Assembly: GCA_965232515.1 (NCBI GenBank)
Contig: CBDDPY010000002.1
Coordinates: 3,584,001-3,648,000, forward strand
Source of the DNA: Alphaproteobacteria bacterium
Lineage (GTDB): Bacteria; Pseudomonadota; Alphaproteobacteria; GCA-2731375
Length of the DNA stretch: 64,000 nucleotides
Direction of reading: 5' to 3'
Of this stretch, positions 21,367 to 33,498 are shown piece by piece; the first letter of the stretch is position 1, and each line of letters begins with the position of its first letter. The notes under the pieces were generated by a model. It ran no database searches. It was not told where the DNA came from and saw only the letters and a program-made list of their open reading frames with translations. A program made the translations under genes and the position numbers.

Positions 21367-21370
<4 letters not shown>

Positions 21371-22359
21371 GACGCCGCCCCCGGCGCCGGCGTCATCACG
21401 TCGCGGGCCAGGTCCTCGACCGGTTCCCACGGCGCGGCCTCGGCGAAATCGACGGCCGCCGCGAGCTCAGCCGCGATCGCGTCTTCAGCGGCCGACAGAT
21501 CCGCCTCGTGCGCCAGACCGGCCGCCAGGATCCAGTCACCGAACAGCTTCAGCGGATCGCGCTTTCGCCATTCCTCGACCTCGGCCTTGTCGCGGTAGAG
21601 CTCGGCGTCGAACATGGAATGGGCGCGAAAGCGGTAGGTCCGATTCTCCAAGAGATACGGCCCCTCGCCGCTCCGAACATGCGCCGCGGCCTTGCGCGCC
21701 GCCGCCTCCACGGCGACCACATCCATGCCGTCGACGGCCGCGGCCGGAACGCCGTAGCTCTCGGCATGCCGGGTCAGGTCGGTCTGCGATTCCGACCGCT
21801 CCAGCGCCGTGCCCATGGCGTAACCGTTGTTCTCGACGACGAACAGCACCGGCAGCTTCCACAACGCCGCCAGGTTCATGGACTCGTGAAACTCGCCCTC
21901 CGCCGCCGCGCCCTCGCCGAAGAAGCAGCAGGTGACGCGCTGCCGGTCTTGCATCCGGTCGGCCAGGCCCAGGCCGACGGCGATCGGCAATCCGCCGCCG
22001 ACGATGGCGTTACCGCCATAGAACCGCGTTTCGGCATCGAAGATATGCATCGAGCCGCCGCGGCCCCGGCTGCAACCCTCGGCCTTGCCGTACATCTCGG
22101 CCATGACCCGGTCCATCGGCAGACCACGGGCCAGCGCATGGCCGTGCTCGCGATAGGTGGCGACGATCGCGTCGTCCGGCGTCAGCGCCTGCATGACGCC
22201 GACGGCGTTCGCCTCCTCGCCGATATAGAGGTGCAGGAAGCCGCGGATCTTGCCGGCGCTGTAGAGCTCGGCGCACTTCTCCTCGAAGCGGCGGATGCGC
22301 ATCATTTCGCGCCACAGGTTCTGCACGTGCTCGGGCGACAGGTGCGGTTTGTCGCTCAT
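21367..22359 (-). CDS. pdhA: Pyruvate dehydrogenase-like E1 alpha subunit
   Basis: [35 protein letters not shown]...ENN ThDP motif, TYRFRAHS. Confidence 0.9.
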
Positions 22360-24113
22360 GCGCCGCTCTCCAGGGTCGACAGATCGCCTTCCGGCAAACC
22401 GAGCTCGCGCGCCTTCAGCAGCCGGCGCATGATCTTGCCGGAGCGGGTCTTGGGCAGGTTGTCCTGAAAGGCGATCTCGCGCGGCGCCACGGCGGGGCCG
22501 AGCCGTTTGCGGGCGTGCGCCATCAGCTCGCGGCGCAGCGCGTCCGTCGGCTCGTAGCCGGGATTGAGCGCGACGAAGGCCTTCACGACTTCCATCGAGA
22601 TCGGATCCGGCATGCCGATGACGCCCGCCTCGGCCACGGCGGCATGCTCGATCAGGGCGCTCTCGACCTCGAACGGCCCAATCAGATGGCCGGCCGACTT
22701 GATCACGTCGTCGGCCCGACCGACGAACCAGAAATAGCCGTCGGCGTCGCGGCGGGCGAGATCGCCGGTCAGGTACCAGTCGCCGACAAAGGTCTTTTGA
22801 TAGCGCGCCTCCTCGTCGAGATAACCGCGGAACATGGACGGCCAGCCGCGGCGCAGCGCCAACTCGCCCTCGACGTCCGGTTCCTCGATGACCTCGATCG
22901 CGTCGTCCTCGCGCCGTACCACGGCGGCCTCGATGCCCGGCAACGGCCGACCCATGGACCCCGGCTTCACGTCCATGGCGCGATAGTTCGCGATCATGAT
23001 GCCGCCGGTCTCCGACTGCCACCAATTGTCATGGATCGGCTGGCCGAAAGCTTCCATGCCCCAGGTCACGGCCTCGGGGTTCAACGGCTCGCCAACGCTC
23101 GAAATGAAACGTAAGCCCGAGAGGTCGTAGCCGCGGGCCGCCTCGGCGCCCAGCTTCATCAGCATGCGCACGGCCGTCGGCGCCGTGTACCAGACCGTCA
23201 CATGGTTGTCCTGCAGGATCCGGTACCAGCGCTCGGCGTCGAATTCCTGCGCATCCGAGATCAGCGTCACGCCGCAGGTCAGCGGCGCGATGATGCCGTA
23301 GGAGGTGCCGGTCACCCAGCCCGGATCGGCCGTGCACCAGAAGACATCGTCGTCCTGCAGGTCGAGCGCCAGACGGCCTGTCGCGTGATGCGCCACCACC
23401 GCGCGATGCACGTGCATGGCGCCCTTCGGCGTGCCGGTGGTGCCGCTGGTGAAGTGCAGGATCGCCAGGTCTTCCGGATCGGTCGGCGGGATGGTGAAGT
23501 CGTCGTCGGCCGCCGCCATCAGCGCCGACCAGTCCTCGACCGAGCCATCGTCGTCATCCGGCCCGTCAACCAGGATCACGTATTCCAGATCGGGCAGGCG
23601 TTCGCGAATGCCCGCGACCTTGCGCCGGTAGAGACGTTTAGTCGTGACCAGCGCCTTGGCGCCGCCGATCGACATGCGCGCCTGGATCGGCTCCGGCCCG
23701 AAGGCGGCGAACAGCGGACACAGCACGGCGCCACGTTTCCAGGTCCCAATGGCGGCGACATAGAGCGCCGGCCGGCGGTCGAGCAGCATGAAGACACGAT
23801 CGCTCTTGCCGACGCCCAGACCGTCAAGAACGTTGGCGAACCGGTTGCTGTCGCGGGCGAGACTGTCGTAGCTGACGTCGACCGCCTGCCCGCCGGGATC
23901 GATCCAGCGGATCGCCGTCCTGGCCCCGTGACCAGCGGCCACGTGGCGGTCGACCGCCTCATAGGCGATGTTCAGCCCGCCGTTGCCGGGCAGTCCAGCC
24001 AGCCAGCCCTCGGCCGTCCGCCAATCGAAGCCGGCCTGCTGGCGGTCGTAGTCGTCCAGGTTCGGCGACGGCGCGGACTGCTGACGCGGCTTGTGAATCG
24101 ATTCCAACGGCAT
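22356..24113 (-). CDS. acsA: Acetate--CoA ligase (AMP-forming)
   Basis: [52 protein letters not shown]. Confidence 0.9.
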   Translation of the reverse strand: MPLESIHKPRQQSAPSPNLDDYDRQQAGFDWRTAEGWLAGLPGNGGLNIAYEAVDRHVAAGHGARTAIRWIDPGGQAVDVSYDSLARDSNRFANVLDGLGVGKSDRVFMLLDRRPALYVAAIGTWKRGAVLCPLFAAFGPEPIQARMSIGGAKALVTTKRLYRRKVAGIRERLPDLEYVILVDGPDDDDGSVEDWSALMAAADDDFTIPPTDPEDLAILHFTSGTTGTPKGAMHVHRAVVAHHATGRLALDLQDDDVFWCTADPGWVTGTSYGIIAPLTCGVTLISDAQEFDAERWYRILQDNHVTVWYTAPTAVRMLMKLGAEAARGYDLSGLRFISSVGEPLNPEAVTWGMEAFGQPIHDNWWQSETGGIMIANYRAMDVKPGSMGRPLPGIEAAVVRREDDAIEVIEEPDVEGELALRRGWPSMFRGYLDEEARYQKTFVGDWYLTGDLARRDADGYFWFVGRADDVIKSAGHLIGPFEVESALIEHAAVAEAGVIGMPDPISMEVVKAFVALNPGYEPTDALRRELMAHARKRLGPAVAPREIAFQDNLPKTRSGKIMRRLLKARELGLPEGDLSTLESGA

Positions 24114-24175
24114 GCGGATTGGACGAACGAAGATTGAACCCGCAACCAGCCTGGAATGGCGGCCGGCGCGCGGCC

Positions 24176-24189
24176 ATGACCTGGATCAA
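24176..24189 (-). promoter_or_regulatory. FNR/FixK box upstream of acsA
   Basis: Minus strand TTGAT-CCAG-GTCAT, 62 nt before the ATG. Confidence 0.6.
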
Positions 24190-24257
24190 TCCTGCGCGAG
24201 GCGTCGCTTTGATGGTACCTTGAATTGGGGATAACGCTTTGAGGGACTTGGGCGGCG

Positions 24258-25112
24258 TTGCGGCAAGGTCTGAGGGAAATCCAGGCTCGCAAATGCCCGA
24301 CGGCTGGTGTGCAAGCGCGAGGGAAAAAATTCAGGCGTGTGATTTCTGGACCTCGAACCCGACGGCCGGGATTGCGCCGGCTTTCCGCGCTCCCGCTGCT
24401 GCCGCTACTGTTGTTGATGCTGGCATTTCCCGCCACCGCCACCGCGCGGCTGGTGATCAACACGACATCGGCGCCGCCGCTCGCCGATGACCGGCAGGCC
24501 GGATTCCAGGACCTCCTGACGTTCGAGATCTTCAGGCGAATCGGTATCGAGGTCGAGGTCCATCGTCTGCCAGGCGAACGCTCGCTGATCAATCTCGAAA
24601 AGGGTATCGATGACGGCACGGTCGTGCGCACGGCCGGCCTGGAAGGTCTCTACCCGAACATGCGCCGCGTGCCGGAGCCGATGATGCGTTGGGAGTTCGT
24701 CGCCTTTGCCAAGGACGTCGACTTCTCGCCCACCGATTGGCGCAGCCTTCGCCCCTACAACGTCGCTTTCATCAACGGCTGGAAGATCGTGGAGGCGAAC
24801 GCCACCGAGGCGAAATCGGTAAAAACGGTGCGGGACCCGAAACAGCTATTCGGGCTTCTGCAGAACGACCGGGCCGACGTTGTCGTCTTCGAGAAATGGC
24901 AGGGCCTACAGATGTTGCAGACGCTTCGGCTGGAAGGGGTAAAGTTGTTGGCGCCGCCTCTGGCCGCGCAGGACATGTACATGTATCTGCACAACCGGCA
25001 TGAGGGCCTGGTCGCGAATGTTTCGGCAGCGATCAAACAAATCAAAGAAGATGGCACCTACGAGCGCCTGTTCGACGAAACCTTGAAACCGCTACTGCGC
25101 GACGGACGTTGA
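24258..25112 (+). CDS. Periplasmic substrate-binding protein (family 3-like); true start may be later, e.g. GTG 24339
   Basis: Signal-like LLPLLLLMLAFPATATA, LPGERSL...G.DDG...R, LLQNDRADVVV, IKEDGTY..L; 4-nt overlap with the kinase. Confidence 0.75.
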   Translation: MRQGLREIQARKCPTAGVQARGKKFRRVISGPRTRRPGLRRLSALPLLPLLLLMLAFPATATARLVINTTSAPPLADDRQAGFQDLLTFEIFRRIGIEVEVHRLPGERSLINLEKGIDDGTVVRTAGLEGLYPNMRRVPEPMMRWEFVAFAKDVDFSPTDWRSLRPYNVAFINGWKIVEANATEAKSVKTVRDPKQLFGLLQNDRADVVVFEKWQGLQMLQTLRLEGVKLLAPPLAAQDMYMYLHNRHEGLVANVSAAIKQIKEDGTYERLFDETLKPLLRDGR

Positions 25113-27721
25113 CCCAACGGTTGCCCCATTTGCAGCGTTTACGGCTATCGCGCCGTCCGATCGCCCGCCGGCTTATCGTTGCGGTCGTGCTGTTCAGTTC
25201 CTTCATCACGCTGATAACGACGGCGATACAGCTCTATCTCGACTACGAGCAGGGTATCGCGGAAATCGAGGACGAATTCGAACAGATCGTCGCCAGCAAC
25301 CTGGACAGCCTGATCAACAACGTATGGGTGTCGGACAGAGGTCAGGTCCAGACCCAGCTCAACGGCATGCTCAGCCTGCCGGACATCGAAGAGCTCACCA
25401 TCACCGTCGATGGGAATATCGAATGGTCGGCCGGGAAAGAACAGTCCGACAACTTCATTTCAAGGCAGTACCCATTGGTTTTCAGGTATCGCGATCAGGA
25501 CCTGACGATCGGGATACTGCAGGTCACGACGAGCCTCGACGCGGTCTACCAGCAATTATACGACAAGGTCCTGGTCATCCTGCTGGGCAACGGCGTCAAG
25601 ACCTTTCTGGTGGCGGGGTTTATCCTCGTCACGTTCCAATATCTGGTCACGCGTCATCTTCAGACGATCGCCGAGTATGTACGCGGATTTGGCGCCAGAC
25701 ATCCGATCGTGCCGTCGCTGACATTGGATCGTCGGCACAGCACGACGGCGGACGACGAGCTGGACGAGGTCGTCTCCGCGCTCAACCAGATGCAATCCGA
25801 CCTGAACAGCTCCCACGAAGCGCTCATCCTGACCAACAAGGCCATCGCCGGGGCCGACAGCGGGATCATGATCACCGACCCCCGGCAGGACGATAACCCG
25901 ATCGTCTACGCCAATCCGGCCATCGAGCGGATGACCGGATACGCCGCCGACGAGCTGATCGGACATAACCCCCGGATTCTGCAGGGACAGGATCGGGACC
26001 AGCCGGCCCTGGAGGAAATCCGCCAGGCATTGGCGGCGAGGCGGCCGGTTCAGGTCGTGCTGCGCAACTACCGCAAGGACGGCTCGCTTTTTCTCGATGA
26101 AATCCAGATATCGCCGGTATTCAGCGACGCCGGCGAACTGACCCACTTCGTCGGCATCCAGCACGATATCACCGAGCGCCGACGCTCGGAGGAGCAGCTT
26201 CGGGAGAGCGAAGAACGTCTGCGCTCGGTGCTGCAGACGGTACCGGACGCAATCGTCACGATCGACGAACTGGGGACGGTCGAATCCTTCAGCCCCCACG
26301 CGGAAACGATGTTCGGTTACGCCGCCGTCGAGGTGATCGGCCAAAACGTCCGAATGCTGATGCCGCCACCCATGCGCGACGAGCATGACCGGTATCTTGC
26401 CCGCTATCGGGACACCAAGGAGAAGCGGATCATCGGCACCGGCCGGGAGGTGAACGGCCAACGCAAGGATGGTTCGATATTCCCGCTCAATCTGGCCGTC
26501 AACGAAATGCAACTCGGTGGACGCCTTATGTTTACCGGTTTTCTGCGCGACCTCACCGGCGAGAAGAAGCGCCTGGAAGAACTTCACCAGGCGCAGAAGA
26601 TGGAGGCGTTGGGTCAGCTCACCGGCGGTGTCGCCCACGATTTCAACAACCTGCTGACGGTCGTGCTGGGCAATCTGGAAATGCTCGAGATGCGCGCGGG
26701 CGAGGATGATCGTCTGCAACGCCTGATCCAGCAGGCCATGGAGGCCACCGAACTGGGCGCCGACCTGACGGGCCGATTGCTGGCCTTCGGTCGCCGCCAA
26801 CCGCTTGAACAGAAGGTATTGAACCTGAACGATGTCATCTTGACCACGTCGCAGATGCTGCGCAGCGCGGTCGGCGAAGCCGTGCAGATCAGCACCGTAT
26901 TGGCCAATGATCTCGGCGGCGTCGAGATCGATCCCAGCCAGTTCGAGAACGCGCTGTTGAACCTCGCTATCAACGCCGGCGACGCCATGCCCGACGGCGG
27001 ATCGCTGGTGATCGAAACCGCCAATGCCGAGATCGACGAGGTCGCCGCCGCCCAGTTGGAGGATCTGACGCCCGGCGACTATGTCTTGCTGTCAGTGAGC
27101 GACACGGGCACCGGCATGACGCCTGACGTGCGGGAGCGGGCCTTCGAACCATTCTTCACGACCAAGGGCGCCGGCACCGGTACCGGTCTCGGCCTCAGCA
27201 TGGTTTACGGATTCGCGAAACAATCAAACGGCCATGCCCTGATCTACAGCGAGGCCGGCGTGGGGACCAACGTGAAGCTGTATTTCCCGCGTGTCCGCGG
27301 TGACGCGAGGGGAACCACAACGGAGGCCTTGGCAACCGCGACGCCAGGAGGTCGGGGCGAGACCATCCTGGTGGTCGAAGACGATCAGCGCGTTCGGACC
27401 GTCACCCTGAGCCGTCTGGCGGAACTCGGTTATCGGACGATCGAGGCCGAGGATGGCCCGACCGCCCTGACGCTGCTGGATCAGGGCATAGCGGTCGATT
27501 TGATTTTCACCGATATCGTCATGCCGGGCGGACTGTCCGGGATCGACCTGGCCGAGGCCGCGGACCGGCGCCGGCCCGGATTGAAGATATTGTTCACCTC
27601 CGGCTATGCCGAACCGGCCGTGCTCCGGGATCATGCGCAGATCGATGCGGCCAGCCTGCTGCGCAAGCCCCACAGCCTTGCGGAATTGGCAGCGAAGGTC
27701 CGGCAGGCCTTGGACAGGTAA
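25109..27721 (+). CDS. Hybrid sensor kinase: 2TM periplasmic (CHASE5-like), HAMP, LOV-like PAS, FixL-type heme PAS, HisKA-HATPase, REC
   Basis: [13 protein letters not shown]...IGHNPRILQ; VPDAIV.ID...GQNV.MLMP...EHD.YL.RY....IIG.GR...RKDGS.FP; [11 protein letters not shown]; [12 protein letters not shown]. Confidence 0.9.
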   Translation: MTQRLPHLQRLRLSRRPIARRLIVAVVLFSSFITLITTAIQLYLDYEQGIAEIEDEFEQIVASNLDSLINNVWVSDRGQVQTQLNGMLSLPDIEELTITVDGNIEWSAGKEQSDNFISRQYPLVFRYRDQDLTIGILQVTTSLDAVYQQLYDKVLVILLGNGVKTFLVAGFILVTFQYLVTRHLQTIAEYVRGFGARHPIVPSLTLDRRHSTTADDELDEVVSALNQMQSDLNSSHEALILTNKAIAGADSGIMITDPRQDDNPIVYANPAIERMTGYAADELIGHNPRILQGQDRDQPALEEIRQALAARRPVQVVLRNYRKDGSLFLDEIQISPVFSDAGELTHFVGIQHDITERRRSEEQLRESEERLRSVLQTVPDAIVTIDELGTVESFSPHAETMFGYAAVEVIGQNVRMLMPPPMRDEHDRYLARYRDTKEKRIIGTGREVNGQRKDGSIFPLNLAVNEMQLGGRLMFTGFLRDLTGEKKRLEELHQAQKMEALGQLTGGVAHDFNNLLTVVLGNLEMLEMRAGEDDRLQRLIQQAMEATELGADLTGRLLAFGRRQPLEQKVLNLNDVILTTSQMLRSAVGEAVQISTVLANDLGGVEIDPSQFENALLNLAINAGDAMPDGGSLVIETANAEIDEVAAAQLEDLTPGDYVLLSVSDTGTGMTPDVRERAFEPFFTTKGAGTGTGLGLSMVYGFAKQSNGHALIYSEAGVGTNVKLYFPRVRGDARGTTTEALATATPGGRGETILVVEDDQRVRTVTLSRLAELGYRTIEAEDGPTALTLLDQGIAVDLIFTDIVMPGGLSGIDLAEAADRRRPGLKILFTSGYAEPAVLRDHAQIDAASLLRKPHSLAELAAKVRQALDR

Positions 27722-27733
27722 TCACCGGGACCG

Positions 27734-28471
27734 TTACCGGCGCACCACCTGCGGCGTGAAGACGTAGCCGACCCCGCGCACGGTCTTGATCCACACGGGC
27801 TTCGCCGGGTCGGGCTCGATCTTGCGCCGCAGTCGGCCGATCTGGGTGTCGACGGCGCGGTCGTAGGGCGTCCATTCCCGCCCCTTTGCCTGGTCCATCA
27901 ACTGGTCGCGGTTCAAGACCTTGCCGGCATTTTCGACGAACACGCGCAACAGCTCATACTCGCCCGTCGTCAGATCGATTGCCGTGCCATCGGCGTTGTG
28001 CAGCGTGCGCCGCGCCGGATCGAACCGCCAGCCATCGAACTCGAGGCAGGCTGTCGCCATCGCGTTCGTCGCTGCCGACGGCGGCTCGCTCTCGCTGCCC
28101 GGCATGCAGCGGCGCAGCACGCTGCGGATGCGCGCCAGCACCTCGCGCAGATGGAAGGGTTTGGCGATATAATCGTCGGCGCCGATTTCCAGGCCGACGA
28201 TGCGGTCGATCACGTCGCCTTTACCGGTCAGCATGATGATCGGCACGTTGGTGTCCCGCCGCAATTCCCGCGCCAGGGTCAGCCCGTCATCGCCGGGCAT
28301 GACCAGGTCGAGCAGCACGATATCGACGCCGCTTTTCGCAATCACCGCGCGCATATCGTCGCCGCCGGCGGCGAGCGAAACCTGGAACCCCTCGCCGCTC
28401 AGGAACTCGCGCAGCATTTCACACACGCGCGGGTCGTCGTCGACCACTAAGACATGAGCGTCCTGACGCAT
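27734..28471 (-). CDS. OmpR-family response regulator (FxkR-like by context)
   Basis: VLVVDDD, LLDLVMPG, GADDYIAKPF, winged-helix DRAVDTQIGRLRRKIE, KTVRGVGY. Confidence 0.9.
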   Translation of the reverse strand: MRQDAHVLVVDDDPRVCEMLREFLSGEGFQVSLAAGGDDMRAVIAKSGVDIVLLDLVMPGDDGLTLARELRRDTNVPIIMLTGKGDVIDRIVGLEIGADDYIAKPFHLREVLARIRSVLRRCMPGSESEPPSAATNAMATACLEFDGWRFDPARRTLHNADGTAIDLTTGEYELLRVFVENAGKVLNRDQLMDQAKGREWTPYDRAVDTQIGRLRRKIEPDPAKPVWIKTVRGVGYVFTPQVVRR

Positions 28472-28569
28472 GGTGGTCCGGATTTCCGTTGTCCCCAATG
28501 GACCCTTTGGACATCGCGACGCGCCTCTGTCGCCCCAATAAAGGCGCATCGTCCGTCCGCGACGAGTTT

Positions 28570-28595
28570 GTCACAGACTGTCACATTCCGTCACC
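28570..28595 (+). promoter_or_regulatory. K-box-like direct repeats (OmpR-family binding site)
   Basis: GTCACA-N4-GTCACA-N4-GTCACC with 10-bp period between the regulator and the fixK-like gene; resembles the FxkR K-box GTTACA-N4-GTTACA. Confidence 0.65.
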
Positions 28596-28700
28596 CGTTG
28601 CGGCAAAGAACCGCAGCGGCCGACAACTTTCCGTGACACGGCATGCCTAACGTTCCCCTCAGACAACCGGCAACCAGGCCGCGAAAGAGGGAGATCGGCT

Positions 28701-29423
28701 ATGCAGGGTTTGGCGCTTTCCACGAACCCCGGTGGTTATCCTGCTTCTGGTGCAAACGCGTTCGCCAATCTGGCCGAAAAGGACCGTCACAAGCTGGCGA
28801 CGGTCACCAACATCGAGACCGCGCAGGCCGGCGAAACACTGTTCTACGAGGGCGACCCCGCCAGCCACCTGATCGAGGTCATCGAGGGTGTCGTCAAGCT
28901 CTACAAGCTGTTGCCCGATGGCCGCTGCCAGATTACCGGCTGGATATTCCCCGGCCAGTTCGGCGGATTGACGCCGGTCGGGACCTACGGCCAGTCGGCG
29001 GAAGCCGTCACGGACGTGCGGGTCTGCCGCTACAATCGGGCCCAGCTCGACCGGCTGGTCGACAATATGCCGGGTCTGGGACGTCGATTGCTCGACATTA
29101 CCTGCAACGACCTGGCCTCGGCGCAGAATCAGATCCTCTGGCTCGGTCGCAAGACGGCCATGGAGCGGGTGGCGTCGTTCCTGTTGCACCTGTCCGACCA
29201 GGCCGAACGCCGCAACGAAGACCCGACGGCCCTGCATCTGCCGATGCGGCGCTGCGATATCGCCGACTATCTCGGCCTGACGCTGGAAACCGTCAGCCGC
29301 ATGTTCTCACGTCTTCAGGCCATGCGCGTTATCAAGATCAGCGCTCAGGGACGCGATGTACGGGTCGACATCAACCGGCTCGCCGATCTGGCGGAAGGTG
29401 ACGAAGAGATCAGACTGCATTGA
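28701..29423 (+). CDS. fixK: Crp/Fnr-family regulator, FixK-type
   Basis: LGRKTAMERVASFLL, LPMRRCDIADYLGLTLETVSR (FNR-box recognition helix); no N-terminal Cys cluster; GAGGAG RBS. Confidence 0.8.
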   Translation: MQGLALSTNPGGYPASGANAFANLAEKDRHKLATVTNIETAQAGETLFYEGDPASHLIEVIEGVVKLYKLLPDGRCQITGWIFPGQFGGLTPVGTYGQSAEAVTDVRVCRYNRAQLDRLVDNMPGLGRRLLDITCNDLASAQNQILWLGRKTAMERVASFLLHLSDQAERRNEDPTALHLPMRRCDIADYLGLTLETVSRMFSRLQAMRVIKISAQGRDVRVDINRLADLAEGDEEIRLH

Positions 29424-29512
29424 AGCAATTGAGTTCGCTTGTTTCTGACCATCCACCGCCGGCAATCGACACGCAGCGGCAATGAGGGAGCGCTTGGAGT
29501 GCGCGTAGGGAG

Positions 29513-30052
29513 TTGGCAACGACAGCGACCAAACAACGGTATGCGGTCGCGCCTTTTTCGAGCGGCGACGGCCTGAGTCAGGCCTTCAACGCCTGGCAGT
29601 CGGCCAACCTGCCGAGGAATGGCTTCACCCTGATCGGCAGCCAGCCGCGCGTTGAAGACCTGCTCGGCCTTCGCCTGCTACCGCTGACGCCTGTCTCGGC
29701 CAAATTGCAGCCAGAGATCCGGCAGCCGGCGACCTTCAGTTGGCCGCCGCAAATCATCGATGCGCCGATGACGCGCCTGGGCATGGTCGGCAACGACGGT
29801 CGGCTGGTCGCCTCGGGGGGACCGTTCGCGGACTACCTGCTCGCCAGAATGCCCCAGGACGTCACGCGTTTCGACGCGCTTGCCGGTCAATGGCTGCCGC
29901 AAAGGTTCGCCACCGACCTGTCGAACCATCTCGACAACGGCGCCGTCCTGTTGTGGGCCGCCCTCACCGACAACAGTGTCGAGCACCAGGGTTGCCAAGC
30001 CATGCTGCAGCATTGCGACGGCACCATGCAGGTCCACGATCTGATCGACTGA
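29513..30052 (+). CDS. Hypothetical protein
   Basis: 179-aa ORF downstream of fixK filling the intergenic space; no motif recognised. Confidence 0.5.
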   Translation: MATTATKQRYAVAPFSSGDGLSQAFNAWQSANLPRNGFTLIGSQPRVEDLLGLRLLPLTPVSAKLQPEIRQPATFSWPPQIIDAPMTRLGMVGNDGRLVASGGPFADYLLARMPQDVTRFDALAGQWLPQRFATDLSNHLDNGAVLLWAALTDNSVEHQGCQAMLQHCDGTMQVHDLID

Positions 30053-30065
30053 GCGCTAAGCCCGG

Positions 30066-31337
30066 CTATGGAAATGGTGTAAATGCCAACCCGGCCGCGG
30101 CGGCAAGCATGCTGGGGCCGAGCGTCAGCAGCAGCAGGCCACCCAGCCGGCGCCCGCCAACGGCGGCGGCAATGCCGTTCTTCACCGCCGTGTTGGCGAT
30201 CGCCGCCAGAGCAATGCCGGCCGCGGCGATCGGCAGCAGGCCGTCTTCGCCGGTCATCCGCGCCAACGACAGGGTGATGGCGTCGACGTCGCTGACGCCG
30301 CCGATGGCCGCGGCGACATAGACGCCGGTCTCGCCCAGCCAGGCCTGCATGGCCCTGGTGAACAGGATGATCCCCGCGAGCAGCGCGCCGAACTTGAGCG
30401 CCATGGCCAGTTGCAACGGGTTCCGCGGCGTCAGGGTCGAGGCCGGCTCGGCCGGCTCGGTCGGCTCGGCGCGCCGCCAGAGGATCGACGCACCGAGCAA
30501 TCCGGCCAGTGTCGCCAATCCCAGCGGCCAGGCAAGATGCGGCGCCAGCGCCGGCGCGATCAACGAGGCGATCAGCACGGTGCGCGGAAACATGGTCAGC
30601 GAGGCGAGCGCGATGCCGGCGGCCAGCAGCCGGTCCTGCGCGCCGCTGCGCCCGGCCAGGCGCGCGAGCGTCAACGCGACCGAGGTCGAGGAGATCAGCC
30701 CGCCGGCAAGCGCCGTCAGCAGAATGCCGCGGCGGTCGCCGGCGATCTTGACGGCGGCGTAGCCGACGAACGAGATCCCGGCGATCAGGATCACCATCAG
30801 CCAGATCTCGTAGGGGTTCAACGCCTGCCACGGTCCGAAGCCGCGGTCGGGCAGCAACGGCAACAGCACCAGAGACATCACGCCCAGCTTCAGCCCCGCC
30901 AGCAACTCGTCATGCTCGATCCGGGTCAGCCAGCGATGCAGCTCCGGTTTGATGCCGAGCAGCACGGCGGTCACCACGGCGGCGCCGGCGGCGATGACGA
31001 CATCGCCGGCGACGGCGAGCGCGCCGAGCGCGAAGGCGATCATGGCCGCGACAACGGTGGTCACGCCATAATCCGGCCGCGCCGCCGTGGCGCGCAGTCG
31101 GGCGACCACGATCACGGCGGTGACGGCGATAAAGCCGAATCCCAGCAACAGCTCGCCGAGCACGTCGGCGAGGATCGCCCACAGGCCGCCCAGAAACCCG
31201 ACCAGGCCGAAGGTGCGCAGCCCGGCAACACGGGCGCCCTCCGGCTCGGTCCGCTCGTGCCAGCCGCGCTCGACGCCGATCAGCAGCCCGATGGCCAGCG
31301 ACAATCCCAGCCGATAGACCGGATCGAGCTGGTCCAC
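30066..31337 (-). CDS. MgtC/SapB-family membrane protein with DUF4010
   Basis: IGLLIGVERGW..AGLRTF, GVTT, LPLLPD..GPW.ALNP..IW.MV.LI, GG.SDVDAI. Confidence 0.85.
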   Translation of the reverse strand: MDQLDPVYRLGLSLAIGLLIGVERGWHERTEPEGARVAGLRTFGLVGFLGGLWAILADVLGELLLGFGFIAVTAVIVVARLRATAARPDYGVTTVVAAMIAFALGALAVAGDVVIAAGAAVVTAVLLGIKPELHRWLTRIEHDELLAGLKLGVMSLVLLPLLPDRGFGPWQALNPYEIWLMVILIAGISFVGYAAVKIAGDRRGILLTALAGGLISSTSVALTLARLAGRSGAQDRLLAAGIALASLTMFPRTVLIASLIAPALAPHLAWPLGLATLAGLLGASILWRRAEPTEPAEPASTLTPRNPLQLAMALKFGALLAGIILFTRAMQAWLGETGVYVAAAIGGVSDVDAITLSLARMTGEDGLLPIAAAGIALAAIANTAVKNGIAAAVGGRRLGGLLLLTLGPSMLAAAAGLAFTPFP

Positions 31338-31361
31338 GGCGGTCAGACCGCTCCCGGTCGG

Positions 31362-31766
31362 TTAGAGATGACCCATCTCGAAGTCCTGGCAGGACAGGCC
31401 GAAGCGCGACAGGGCGTCTTCCAGATAGTCGGCCAGCAACGGGATACCCAGCAGGTACTGCGGCGCCTTCTCGTCGCGCACCTCGCGCGCCTGCTTCAGC
31501 GCGTCCTGCCAGTCGTCGACGGTATAGTCGCCGCGGCCCAGCCAGGTGAGCGCCAACAGTTCCTCCATCTCGTCGACATTGAGGTCGTTGAGGAAGCTCG
31601 TCAGTTCCTCGAACACCGGATCGTCGGGCGTGTCCTCCAGCACCGCGGCGAAGCCGTCATCCGCGGCGTCGGAACCGTCATACATGCCTTCCGGCGCTTC
31701 CTTGACATCGAACTCGCGCGCCTTGACCACGAGATAACAGACCTTGTCGGTGTTTATGTTCAGCAT
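31362..31766 (-). CDS. DUF3775-domain protein
   Basis: KVC...KAREFDVK, LLALTWLGRGD, YLLGIPLLADYLE. Confidence 0.75.
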   Translation of the reverse strand: MLNINTDKVCYLVVKAREFDVKEAPEGMYDGSDAADDGFAAVLEDTPDDPVFEELTSFLNDLNVDEMEELLALTWLGRGDYTVDDWQDALKQAREVRDEKAPQYLLGIPLLADYLEDALSRFGLSCQDFEMGHL

Positions 31767-31805
31767 CGGCCCAACTCCTCGAACGAACCCCACAAATTCA
31801 CGTCA

Positions 31806-33470
<1,665 letters not shown>

Positions 33471-33484
33471 TCACGACCGCCGCA

Positions 33485-33498
33485 TTGACCCAGATCAG
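33485..33498 (-). promoter_or_regulatory. FNR/FixK box upstream of groEL
   Basis: Plus strand TTGAC-CCAG-ATCAG. Confidence 0.55.

Noticed and set aside
25840-26180. Blue-light LOV photoreceptor
   Set aside because: The adduct-forming Cys of GxNCRFLQ is replaced by Pro, so a canonical photocycle is not supported
28701-29423. O2-sensing FNR/FnrN with a [4Fe-4S] cluster
   Set aside because: The N-terminal Cys cluster is absent, so it is called FixK-type
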